Below are positions 38,206-47,590 of a stretch of 64,000 nt of DNA, one piece after another. The stretch covers positions 540-64,539 of the forward strand of contig QZJE01000013.1 of assembly GCA_003599235.1 (NCBI GenBank). The letters are read 5' to 3'. The stretch comes from Actinomycetota bacterium (GTDB lineage Bacteria; Actinomycetota; Aquicultoria; SURF-47). Numbering within the stretch: the first letter of the stretch is position 1; each line of letters begins with the position of its first letter. Below the pieces are notes generated by a model, which saw only the letters and a program-made list of their open reading frames with translations, was not told the DNA's origin and made no database searches. Made by a program: the position numbers and the translations under genes.

Positions 38206-39147
38206 GTGAATAAAAAAAAATTATCCCTTAGATTTATTATTATTTTTACCTTAATTATTTTTATTCTCATAGCTAGCTGCAAACAAAAAGATGTTAGCGA
38301 CCAGTCAAGCCAAGAAACAGAAGCCGTTGGAACTAGATTTTCAATTTCTAATCCACCCTTAAAAGAAGACGACCCAGGTACTAAACTTGTTTATACACTA
38401 AATCCCAATGCCGCCTTTAAGGCCACTTATGAATTAGAAAACTTAAGAAATAACCGAAATTATCTGCTACTTTGTTTTTTAGACTACAACCAAGAACCGT
38501 TAATCATCGATAACAAAAAAAACTCTCTTTTTAAAATCAATGTTAAGCCTGGACAAAAAAAGTACTGGCGGTTTAAAACAAATACGATAAAAAACGGCTT
38601 TCATGATTTTGCTACCCTGTTGATTTGGGACCCTGAGATTCATAGGCTCGACAAAGATTACAGAATAGAAAGTGACTTTAATCTAATAGCAACCAACCGA
38701 GCCAATATCATTGCTGATGGTTCAAACCCACCTGCATTTTCATTTATCACTGCCCCAAGCAAGCAATCCCAAAGCAAAGAGCCATATGATGGAATAAGAA
38801 TAAATAAGCAAGCTAATAACCTTGATTACTGGTTAATAGAAAAGGCTTTATCCGGTAAGAAAATCAATTACTATATTCATGTAGCCAGCAGTGAAAAACA
38901 ACCAGTAACTTACGCCTTAATTGCTTTACTTGATTATAAGCAAATACCGTTAAATAAATCCAAAGTGTTGTTTGCAAAAGTAAACCCTAATCAAGTAGTT
39001 ACTTTTCCGGCAAGCTTTACGGCTCCTATGCAAAAAGGAACTCATGAGCTAATGCTTATCAGGATTAAAAACCCTTATAAAAGGTTAACAAGCGATGATG
39101 ATACATTAATAGAACCAAGTATCCGAGTTCCTATCGTTGTTAAGTAG
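38206..39147 (+). CDS. Hypothetical lipoprotein with internal two-domain duplication
   Basis: 313 aa. Lipobox LIASC. Duplicated motif YLLLCFLDYNQEPL / YALIALLDYKQIPL. Confidence 0.6.
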   Translation: MNKKKLSLRFIIIFTLIIFILIASCKQKDVSDQSSQETEAVGTRFSISNPPLKEDDPGTKLVYTLNPNAAFKATYELENLRNNRNYLLLCFLDYNQEPLIIDNKKNSLFKINVKPGQKKYWRFKTNTIKNGFHDFATLLIWDPEIHRLDKDYRIESDFNLIATNRANIIADGSNPPAFSFITAPSKQSQSKEPYDGIRINKQANNLDYWLIEKALSGKKINYYIHVASSEKQPVTYALIALLDYKQIPLNKSKVLFAKVNPNQVVTFPASFTAPMQKGTHELMLIRIKNPYKRLTSDDDTLIEPSIRVPIVVK

Positions 39148-39215
39148 ACAGTATTTCAAAAATTATTTATAAATTATCAGATAATTACTTGTTACGTTCT
39201 TTTGAGTGTTGCCGG

Positions 39216-39503
39216 CTATGGTCTTCTTGTCGAGCCTCGAAGTCTTTTGTGAAATTTCCTGACTTCTTCTTCAGCTTCTTTTTTACTTAAGCCTTTGGCC
39301 ATAAACTCATCTTTTAGCTCCTGATGTATTTGCTCTTCTAAGGAAGGGCGACTTTGGCCAAATCTCTTATGGATACCAATATCATCAGGACGATAACTGC
39401 CACCCCGAACACGTTTTGTTTTTATGCAATGCAAGCATAGATCATCACTATCAATTATTGGCGTACCACAGTTTTTGCATTTCATAGGAATGTTTATACC
39501 CAA
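39216..39503 (-). CDS. Small zinc-ribbon protein with basic C-terminal tail
   Basis: 95 aa. CKNCG...CLHC. Confidence 0.45.
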   Translation of the reverse strand: MGINIPMKCKNCGTPIIDSDDLCLHCIKTKRVRGGSYRPDDIGIHKRFGQSRPSLEEQIHQELKDEFMAKGLSKKEAEEEVRKFHKRLRGSTRRP

Positions 39504-39797
39504 AGCCTCAAGCAGTAAGCTGTAAGCTTATGGCTCATAGCTTCAACCACTTACCCCTCTTAACCAGGCATTTAAATCGTTTATTTTTAAAAAAACATCA
39601 TATTTTCTAATTTTATGGGTAAAAACAATAACCGTAGCTATTGATAATTAACGGAGGTTGCAATTTCTCATATTGATTTTCCTGATGGGGTAATACCTTT
39701 TACTTATTGCATAATCGGCTTTGTTTTAGCCGGCATTGTACTAGCTGTTTGCACGCGTAACACTGAAAGCAAATTAGTTAGAAAAAAGGTTCCTTTA

Positions 39798-40517
39798 ATG
39801 GGAGTGCTTTTTGCCGCGATGTTGTGTGCAATGTCAATACCGCTTGGCATTATCCCATTTCATTTAAGCCTGGCTGTCTTAACCGGGATTTTAATAGGGC
39901 CTTGGCTAGGGTTTTCTGCTGTTTTTGTCATTGTTTTTTTTCTGGCTTTGCTTGGACATGGAGGCTTAACGGTAGTAGGAATTAACGCCTTAGTAGTAGG
40001 CTCAGAAGCCATCTTTGGTTACTATTTCTTCAAATTATTCAGTAGTTTAATTAAAAACAAGGTGGCAGGCAGTGCTATTAGCACTGTTTTATCTTTAGCA
40101 ATCTCAATCACTTTGCTTATTAGCATTATTTCAATTGCCCAAATCAACCCGGATAAAATAATCCCTGAAAAAAAAGCCCCGTTTTTGCAAAAAGAAGGCA
40201 AACTTGCAGTGATTGTTCAAACAACAAAATACCAGCCCCGGGTAGAAACGCTAAAGCCTTTTGAGCTGCAAAAAAGCGCCCCTATTGAACAGTCATCTAC
40301 AGTTACCCGTTTTGCAGGTATTGTCTTGCCTATTGCTTTGCTTTGCATAATTATCGAATCTGCCATAACTAGCTTGACCATCCTTACCATAAAAATAATT
40401 AAACCCGCACTGCTAGATGATGACGCTGTATTAAAAATAGCAGATAGGATAGAAGAACAAGTAGCTGAGATTAGCTACATAGTAGTAAACGGAAATGACA
40501 ATAAAGAAGCTGCCTAG
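39798..40517 (+). CDS. Polytopic membrane protein, CbiM / ECF-transporter-like; N-terminus probably extends upstream
   Basis: 239 aa from the ATG. Upstream the same frame is open from the stop at 39645 and encodes ISHIDFPDGVIPFTYCIIGFVLAGIVLAV (a TM helix). GGAGG at 39653-39657 lies 5 nt before an in-frame ATT at 39663. Confidence 0.55.
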   Translation: MGVLFAAMLCAMSIPLGIIPFHLSLAVLTGILIGPWLGFSAVFVIVFFLALLGHGGLTVVGINALVVGSEAIFGYYFFKLFSSLIKNKVAGSAISTVLSLAISITLLISIISIAQINPDKIIPEKKAPFLQKEGKLAVIVQTTKYQPRVETLKPFELQKSAPIEQSSTVTRFAGIVLPIALLCIIIESAITSLTILTIKIIKPALLDDDAVLKIADRIEEQVAEISYIVVNGNDNKEAA

Positions 40518-40569
40518 CCCAAGCTTGTGTCTTGAAATCGCTTTGCATTCTTAATAAAGTGTCAGCGAT

Positions 40570-41709
40570 ATGCAAAAAAGATATCAGTTAGCAAATATCG
40601 CTTTTATTTTAATATTACTCGTTCTTTTTGGTTGTAGCTCTAAGATAGCCACAAAAACAAAGCCTATCGAAGTAAAAAAAGCCAAAAAAACAATGCCAAA
40701 AAAACAAGTTACATTTGATAAGCCCTACTATAAGGGAATATCTTATCCGGCCTATAATGCAAAGGTTTATCTTAAAGCCGAATCAGACAGAGAAATTAGG
40801 CGCATCGCCTCAACCGGAGCCAATACTATTGCCTTGGTGCCATTATGGTATACCACCAACTTAACACAGAGCGATATCCATCCCGAGCCAGAAGATACCG
40901 CCACTGACGCCTCATTAATTCACGCTATAAAACTTTCTCATAGCTTGGGAATAAAAGTTAATCTCAAACCTTTTGTCGACCCAAAAACAGGTGGCACCTG
41001 GCGGGCAAAATACCATCCTAAAAACTGGCAAGAGTGGTTTAACAACTATAATGTTTTTATAAAACATTATGCCACCATAGCTCAGCAAAATGGTGTTGAG
41101 CTTTTAACTATTGGCACCGAATATACCAGCAGTGACGGCGTTAGAGAAGCTAATTGGCGAGAAGTTATCAAAAATGTCCGTAATATCTATAAAGGAAAAA
41201 TAACCTATGCCGCTGATTACCAAGACATTAAAAGCGACGGCCCACCATACAGAGGCGGCTACCGCAATATAAGGTTTTGGGATGCACTAGATTATATTGG
41301 CATTGATGGCTACTTTCCCTTGGCCAAAAAGCCCGGTGAAAGTAAACCCCAATTAGTAGCTCGTTGGCAAAAGTGGATTTTTGAACTCGAAAATTGGGGC
41401 TGGGTTAAGGAACAAAAGAAACAAATTATTTTTACCGAAATAGGATATGGAAGCTACCCTGGAACTACTGTTGACACCGGCCACTGGGATAGAAAAACAA
41501 CTACCGTCAGTTTATCTGAACAAGCCAATGCCTACGAAGCTGTCTTTGTTGCTTTTGAGAAAAAACCCTGGTTTGCCGGCATGTATTGGTGGGCCTGGGA
41601 TAACCCGTCTACTTTTGATTGGAAACCTCATATCAGAAAATTCTTCTTTACGCCCAAAGGTAAACCAGCTGAGCGAGTACTGCATCAGTGGTTTAAGAAA
41701 ACAAACTAA
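40570..41709 (+). CDS. Lipoprotein, putative TIM-barrel glycoside hydrolase
   Basis: 379 aa. Lipobox LFGCSS. Candidate catalytic Glu in TIGTEYTS and IIFTEIGYG. Trp-rich pattern typical of clan GH-A enzymes. Confidence 0.5.
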   Translation: MQKRYQLANIAFILILLVLFGCSSKIATKTKPIEVKKAKKTMPKKQVTFDKPYYKGISYPAYNAKVYLKAESDREIRRIASTGANTIALVPLWYTTNLTQSDIHPEPEDTATDASLIHAIKLSHSLGIKVNLKPFVDPKTGGTWRAKYHPKNWQEWFNNYNVFIKHYATIAQQNGVELLTIGTEYTSSDGVREANWREVIKNVRNIYKGKITYAADYQDIKSDGPPYRGGYRNIRFWDALDYIGIDGYFPLAKKPGESKPQLVARWQKWIFELENWGWVKEQKKQIIFTEIGYGSYPGTTVDTGHWDRKTTTVSLSEQANAYEAVFVAFEKKPWFAGMYWWAWDNPSTFDWKPHIRKFFFTPKGKPAERVLHQWFKKTN

Positions 41710-41772
41710 TGTTTTCTCTAGATAAGCCGATATTATAAAAGCAGGCATTAAGCTCTAGACCAAGGGAGAAAT

Positions 41773-43731
41773 ATGGAGTGGTACCCGGCTTCAACATTAA
41801 TAACAGTTATAATAAGTGCGGTTATTGCTTGCTTTACCATGTTTAGAAGCCGAAATCATAGGGCTACAAAAGTATTTTCTTTTCTATTATTAGGAACAAC
41901 CCTCTGGTGTTTAGGCGCTTTCTTGGTTAATATCTCAACACAGGCCAAACAAGCACTTTACTGGACAAGATTTATGCATCTGGCAATCGTCTTTGTGCCT
42001 TCCTTTTTCATCCATTTTGTTATAGCCATGCTTTCAGAAGAAAATAATTGGATTCTAAAGACTTGTTACGGTATCTCTATATTTTTTGCCTTTACCATCT
42101 TAAGCCCTTTGTTGATAACCAAAGTTACCCCTGCTGATTATATTGGCTGGTCATTTTCAACCGGAATACTATATTACCCTTTAGCAGCCTTTTATGTTTT
42201 AGGGTCAACTTACGGTTTTATCAAGCTATACAAATCTTATAACCAGACTTCTACCGGTTACAGAAAAAAACAGCTTCAGTACTTTATCTTTGCTAATCTT
42301 ATCGCCGTTACAGGAATAATAATCTTTTATTTTCTTTCGATTAGCAATCTACCTTTTAAAGTTCCGCCGATGGATAATTTATTTCTTTTAACTTTTATTT
42401 TAATTGTTACCTACGCCATGATATCTTACCGGTTAATTGATATTAGGCTAGCGATAATAAAATTCTTCTTTTTTAGCTTATTTGGTACTTCAGTACTTAT
42501 TTTATTTATTGGATTATTAACCCCAGTCAGCTATCTTGTGTATCAGAAAATAGAATATCCATTTATAGTTGTAGCAGCAGGCGCCTTTGTTCTAACCGTT
42601 GGCATAAGCAAGCCACTGAGAGAAGGACTAATGGGCTATGTTAACCAAATAGTTTACGGCGAAAATCACAAACATGCCAAAGTAATAAAAGATGCCGCTT
42701 CTGCAGTGGTAACAATGCTAGATATCAGAGAATTACTAGGATATGTTATGGAAACAATCGTAAAAGACATAGGCGTAAAAAAAGTGTCTCTGCTGATAAA
42801 AGAAGGTAGTGTCTATAAAGTTAAAGCATCACAAGGGTCGCAAGCTAGAAATTATCTACTAAAAGAAGACTCACCTCTTATTGTCAAGCTTAGCCAAAAT
42901 AAAGATAAAGCCTACATTAGATACGAATTAGAGCGAGAGAATAATCAAACTAATAAGGGGGTAATCCAGGAATTAGATAAAATTGGAGCCGAGCTTATTA
43001 TCCCTTTGGCTTACAAAGAAGAGTTAATTGGGGTGCTTAACTTAGGACTCAAATCATCTGGAAAAATATATTCCCCAACTGATATCGATACCTTAACAAC
43101 GTTAGGCACTAACTTAGGTATTGCCCTGGTAAATGCCAAGCTTTACGCCGAAGCAATATCAGATGCCTTAACCGGGCTGTATCATCACAAATATTTCAAA
43201 TCCCGGCTTGCTGATGAACTATTGCAAGCCAAAACTCTTAAGTATCCATTCTCCGTGATGATGCTTGACCTTGATCATTTTAAGAAGGTAAATGATACCT
43301 ATGGCCATCCTGTTGGAGACGAAGTATTAAAAGAAGTCGCTGACTTGATGAAAGAAAATACTAGATTATTTGATGTAGTAGCCCGCTATGGTGGCGAAGA
43401 GTTTGCCATCATTCTGCCCGGAGTTGGCAAAAACGGACGTAAAAACCATATTCAAACGGTTACCAAAATTGCCGAACGCCTAAGAAAGAAAATCGAAGAA
43501 CATCAATTTTCTTCTTCGAAAATTAAACTGACCATTAGTATCGGTTTAGCCATATATGATGGCAAGGGTAAAAACGTAACTGACAAAAATCTTCTAAAAA
43601 AAGCAGATGATGAGCTTTATATGGCTAAACGGCAAGGACGAAACAGAGTTTGTATCAGTTCCTTTAGTGATCTTCCTGGCAAGCTTGCAGTCGTGTCTAA
43701 CAACGCTGCTCCAAAAGCAAGCGCCAGTTAG
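41773..43731 (+). CDS. Membrane sensor diguanylate cyclase: N-terminal 7TM region, GAF-like middle, C-terminal GGDEF domain
   Basis: 652 aa. RLIDIRL motif in the TM region (paralogous to the 11668..14097 N-terminus). Active-site RYGGEEF. Confidence 0.85.
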   Translation: MEWYPASTLITVIISAVIACFTMFRSRNHRATKVFSFLLLGTTLWCLGAFLVNISTQAKQALYWTRFMHLAIVFVPSFFIHFVIAMLSEENNWILKTCYGISIFFAFTILSPLLITKVTPADYIGWSFSTGILYYPLAAFYVLGSTYGFIKLYKSYNQTSTGYRKKQLQYFIFANLIAVTGIIIFYFLSISNLPFKVPPMDNLFLLTFILIVTYAMISYRLIDIRLAIIKFFFFSLFGTSVLILFIGLLTPVSYLVYQKIEYPFIVVAAGAFVLTVGISKPLREGLMGYVNQIVYGENHKHAKVIKDAASAVVTMLDIRELLGYVMETIVKDIGVKKVSLLIKEGSVYKVKASQGSQARNYLLKEDSPLIVKLSQNKDKAYIRYELERENNQTNKGVIQELDKIGAELIIPLAYKEELIGVLNLGLKSSGKIYSPTDIDTLTTLGTNLGIALVNAKLYAEAISDALTGLYHHKYFKSRLADELLQAKTLKYPFSVMMLDLDHFKKVNDTYGHPVGDEVLKEVADLMKENTRLFDVVARYGGEEFAIILPGVGKNGRKNHIQTVTKIAERLRKKIEEHQFSSSKIKLTISIGLAIYDGKGKNVTDKNLLKKADDELYMAKRQGRNRVCISSFSDLPGKLAVVSNNAAPKASAS

Positions 43732-43810
43732 CCAGCCATAAGCTTTAAGACGCAAACCTTAAGCAAAAAATATTCCATCGTTTACTTAGAGCTAGCTTAC
43801 GGCATACTGC

Positions 43811-43993
43811 TTACGCAGTGGCGCTATATGCATCAAGAAGTGGGCGAAACATCGCTTGGTCTGCTCCACATTCCGGACAAATCCAGTCTTCGGGCAAATC
43901 ATAGAATGAGGTGCCAGATAAAACTTCAGCAGCAGGATCCCCTTTTCTGGGATCGTAGGTATATCCACAATCACTGCAAACATACAAACGCAT
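43811..43993 (-). CDS. Rubredoxin
   Basis: YVCSDCGYTYDP ... WICPECGA. Start chosen at the internal ATG (43993), which is preceded by AAAGGAG; the track's longer form from 44026 adds 11 unlikely residues. Confidence 0.8.
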   Translation of the reverse strand: MRLYVCSDCGYTYDPRKGDPAAEVLSGTSFYDLPEDWICPECGADQAMFRPLLDAYSATA

Positions 43994-44149
43994 TTTGACT
44001 CCTTTAGGCGGGCCCTTAAAGGGCATAAGGCTATTTTAGAAAACTTAAGTTTAAGTTAGCGCTTTTTTGATAAGAATTGCAATAGTTTTTTTATATATTT
44101 TTAGCTTTTTTAAGCCATACTCTTGCTCTCTTTGCATTTATCTACAGAC

Positions 44150-44758
44150 TTATTGCCATAACTTATTGCCGGAGGTAGGTAAGGGCAATGTTAGTAAAAC
44201 GATAGCTGTAAAAAAGAAAAGAGCGCTAAGAAAGAAGGACAATTTTATGGTCAGATTAGACGAGGAAGAAATCGCTGATGCCGGATGAAAGGCCCTGCCG
44301 ACTAAAATAATCATACTCCAATATAGACCCGCTATTATCGAATACATCACAGCAGATAATTTATCGACATCGATAAGATAGGTAAATGATAAAATAAGGC
44401 TCGAAAATAAAAGTATTAATACATTGTATTTAAATCGCGGCTCGGTGAACAAAACAGCATTCCAAATGATCTTCATAGTAACCGATGATAGCGCTAGATT
44501 AATAGCAAGTAGAATAACTGCAATTAGCTCACTTTTCTTAGCCCAGTTAAATATAAACAATTTGTTAGTAACTAAAAAAATAATCCCCAGAATCCCGCTT
44601 AAACTAAAGACTAAGATAGTTGACCAAATAAGTGCCCCATGAAAGTAGACTAGTTTTACCCATTGACCCAATGTCTGCTCGGCCGGAGCACAAATAATTA
44701 TTATTATCCCAATTGCAAAAAATAGAATTGCGCTAAATATCCTGGTAGATAGCTTCAT
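44150..44758 (-). CDS. Hypothetical polytopic membrane protein
   Basis: 202 aa, five or six hydrophobic segments. Confidence 0.5.
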   Translation of the reverse strand: MKLSTRIFSAILFFAIGIIIIICAPAEQTLGQWVKLVYFHGALIWSTILVFSLSGILGIIFLVTNKLFIFNWAKKSELIAVILLAINLALSSVTMKIIWNAVLFTEPRFKYNVLILLFSSLILSFTYLIDVDKLSAVMYSIIAGLYWSMIILVGRAFHPASAISSSSNLTIKLSFFLSALFFFTAIVLLTLPLPTSGNKLWQ

Positions 44759-44771
44759 AATTTAATTATAA

Positions 44772-45086
44772 CTACTTAGTAGCAAAATTAAAGAACAAGG
44801 TTAAAAAAATAATCATCATTGCAGCGTTGGTTACTATCCTGGAAGGTTGCCTAAAGGGAACGTTGATAATGGTCCAAGAGAATAAAAAGGATAACGGCAA
44901 GCCTAGAATAATATAGTCAAAGCCGGGGCCTGAATAATCATGCCAGGTAGTAGGCCCACTGGGAATAGCTGATATTAACTTAAACCCCTTATAGGACAAA
45001 CTAAAGCAAAAAAAGGCAGCCACTATTATCACTATTGCCGAAAAGATTCTATTGTATATCAAGCGTTTAATAAGGCCCAAGAACAT
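44772..45086 (-). CDS. Hypothetical small membrane protein
   Basis: 104 aa, three hydrophobic segments, 13 nt upstream of the previous membrane protein. Confidence 0.45.
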   Translation of the reverse strand: MFLGLIKRLIYNRIFSAIVIIVAAFFCFSLSYKGFKLISAIPSGPTTWHDYSGPGFDYIILGLPLSFLFSWTIINVPFRQPSRIVTNAAMMIIFLTLFFNFATK

Positions 45087-45165
45087 AGGATAATTATAAC
45101 ATCCGTTGACCGCTAACTAAGATGTTTATATAATAATTAAAAAGAAATTAGAAAGAAGGCTTGTT

Positions 45166-45489
45166 ATGCTTTCTGAGCGAGCCGGCTCACTGAAAATTAG
45201 AGAAGGGTCTTATGAAGGGCATCCACTTCTGATTCTGGATGGAGACTGCGGCCAAGATCAGGGGGAAGTTCTTCAAAGCAAAATTAGCAAACTAGTCAGT
45301 GGCGGCGATAAAACAATAGCAATTGACGTTCGCAATCTACACTTTAACGGCGTGTGCTGTTATAGCATAATAGCTAAAGCTCACCGGGAAATCTTAAAAC
45401 TTGGTGGCAACTTAATCCTTATTAAAGAAACCCAAAATGCAACATCTAAAGCTCATCGAGTAAGAAGAGCTCACGGAGACCATTACTAA
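45166..45489 (+). CDS. STAS-domain protein (anti-sigma-factor-antagonist-like), probably non-phosphorylatable
   Basis: 107 aa. LILDGD...IAIDVRNLHF...LGGNLILI pattern. Lacks the usual DSSG serine (has NGVCCY). Confidence 0.5.
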   Translation: MLSERAGSLKIREGSYEGHPLLILDGDCGQDQGEVLQSKISKLVSGGDKTIAIDVRNLHFNGVCCYSIIAKAHREILKLGGNLILIKETQNATSKAHRVRRAHGDHY

Positions 45490-47555
45490 GCCAATTCGAA
45501 ATCCATTTGGCGCTGCCCCACTACTACATTTATCAGCCTAACTTTTACTTTTTGGCCAATAAGGAAAACTTTGCCGGTACGTCTGCCTCTAAGTAGAAAA
45601 CGCTGCGGCTCATAATCATAATAATCATCTCGTAATAACCTTGCAGGGACGAGCCCTTCGGCTGAGTTAGGAATCTGAACAAAAAAACCGTAGGATTGGA
45701 CACCGGTAATTATGCCTTCGTATGTTTCTCCAATATAGTCTTTCATTAATTGACACATCATTACATCCACCGCCTCGCGCTGCGCTGACTCCACTTCTCT
45801 TTCTTTTACAGAAGCGTGTTCGCTGATTTGGGATAACTTGGCTAATGTTTCTTCATCTACCTTTATCTTTTGACTACCTATGACTTGCTTAACTAAACGG
45901 TGAACAACTAAATCAGGATATCTCCTTATCGGTGAAGTAAAGTGACAGTACCGAGCAGAAGCCAAACCAAAATGCGGGCTGAGGGTAGCTGCATAACGTG
46001 CTTTTTTCATTAAACGCAAAAGGACCATATTAATAAGAAGACGCTCCGGCCGGCTATGAGCAAACTTAATAATCTGTTGAAAGGTTTTTGGATTAGCTCC
46101 TTTTAGAGATTTAACCGGATAGTTTAATTGTTTTAGTAGCTCTTGCACTTGAGCAATAGCATCTTCGGCCGGATCTTCGTGGATGCGATATATTAAAGGT
46201 TGTTGCTGCCAATACATATAATCAGCCACTACTTCGTTAGTTAAAATCATTGTCTCTTCAATGAGCTTAGTAGCAGGAGTTTTCTCTCTAATTTTTACAT
46301 CTATTGGTTGCTTGTTATCATCTAGAATTACTTTGGGCTCGATTGTCTCAAAGTTGACAGCACCGCGTTTATTTCTTTTTTCTTCTAAGATATCGCTTAA
46401 TTCTCTTAAAAGCCTAAGCGTAGTTTCTTGCTGTTTATTGTCAAAACTATTCTTTTTAAAACATTCATCGACTTGTTCATAGGTAAGCCTGGCCTTGCTA
46501 TTGATGATGCCTTTAAAAACCTTAGAATCTATGACATCTCCTGCATTGTTAATTACCATCTCTACCGATAAAGTAAGCCGGTCGACTTTCGGATTTAAGC
46601 TACAAATGCCGTTAGATAACTCTTTTGGAATCATTGGATAAACCCTGTCTGGGAGATAGTTACTAAAAGCCCTCAGGTAGGCTTCTTCATCAATAGCTGA
46701 CTCTTCAGTAACATAATGAGAAACATCGGCAATATGGACATTTAGATGATAGTACCCGTGCCTTTGTTCGATACAGACAGCATCATCAAAATCCTTAGCG
46801 TCTAGCCCATCGATGGTTACTACGCAGTCCCTTCGATAATCTTTTCTTCTATCAATATCTTTTAACGATATTTCGCTTGGGATTTTTTTAAGCTCTTTTT
46901 TGACCTCCTCTGAAAATTCTTTTCTTAAATCATGCTCTCTTACTATTATTTCAATCTCTACTTCTGCTACGCCTTCTTGACCGATTATTTCCTTAACCTC
47001 AACTAGAGGTTTACCCTCTCCTGGAAAAACTTTGATTTTGCCTAAAACTATATCACCATCTTTTACCTGGTTAGAGATGCACTCAAAATCATAAGGAATC
47101 CGCCGGTCAGAAGGAACAAGTATGGTCTTACCAGGTATTTTCTCGATTCTACCTATCACCTTATCCGTTGCCCTCTGAATTACTTCTACAATTTTCCCTT
47201 CCCGGCTTAGTCCTTTTTTTCTGCGGCGCAAAACGACTGCTACCCTGTCTTTTGGCATAGCACCCAATGTATTATGGCGCTTAATATAAATGTCAAAATC
47301 GGGGGTCACAACAAATCCAAACCCTTTTTTATTTGCCTCAAATATTCCAGTTAGGTTGTCAAGTTTTTCAGGAACAGCAAAACAGCCGTTTTTGGTCTGG
47401 ATAATTTTTCCTTCTGAAGCTAATACATCCAAAGCTTTTTCTAATGACTCGATAGTAACAGTTGGATCTTTTAATTTTTTGAGAAGTTGCTTAAAAGAGG
47501 AAGGGTGATAACTTTTTTTTCTCATTAACTTTAGAACCTTATTGGCGATTCGCAT
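45486..47555 (-). CDS. rnr: Ribonuclease R (RNase II family 3'-5' exoribonuclease)
   Basis: 689 aa. RNB catalytic region and C-terminal S1 domain (YEGIITGVQSYGFFVQI). Confidence 0.85.
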   Translation of the reverse strand: MRIANKVLKLMRKKSYHPSSFKQLLKKLKDPTVTIESLEKALDVLASEGKIIQTKNGCFAVPEKLDNLTGIFEANKKGFGFVVTPDFDIYIKRHNTLGAMPKDRVAVVLRRRKKGLSREGKIVEVIQRATDKVIGRIEKIPGKTILVPSDRRIPYDFECISNQVKDGDIVLGKIKVFPGEGKPLVEVKEIIGQEGVAEVEIEIIVREHDLRKEFSEEVKKELKKIPSEISLKDIDRRKDYRRDCVVTIDGLDAKDFDDAVCIEQRHGYYHLNVHIADVSHYVTEESAIDEEAYLRAFSNYLPDRVYPMIPKELSNGICSLNPKVDRLTLSVEMVINNAGDVIDSKVFKGIINSKARLTYEQVDECFKKNSFDNKQQETTLRLLRELSDILEEKRNKRGAVNFETIEPKVILDDNKQPIDVKIREKTPATKLIEETMILTNEVVADYMYWQQQPLIYRIHEDPAEDAIAQVQELLKQLNYPVKSLKGANPKTFQQIIKFAHSRPERLLINMVLLRLMKKARYAATLSPHFGLASARYCHFTSPIRRYPDLVVHRLVKQVIGSQKIKVDEETLAKLSQISEHASVKEREVESAQREAVDVMMCQLMKDYIGETYEGIITGVQSYGFFVQIPNSAEGLVPARLLRDDYYDYEPQRFLLRGRRTGKVFLIGQKVKVRLINVVVGQRQMDFELA

Positions 47556-47590
47556 ATAATAGTGTCTCGTGGCTAGTGACTCACTCGTGA

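Noticed and set aside
43792-43983. 63-aa ORF overlapping the rubredoxin gene in another frame
   Set aside because: The rubredoxin frame carries the diagnostic CxxCG...CPxCG motifs. The overlapping frame has none.
44150-45086. Two adjacent membrane ORFs (104 aa and 202 aa) as a possible frameshifted single gene
   Set aside because: They are separated by a 13-nt gap with an intact stop and start. No shared motif spans the junction, so they are kept as separate hypothetical genes.
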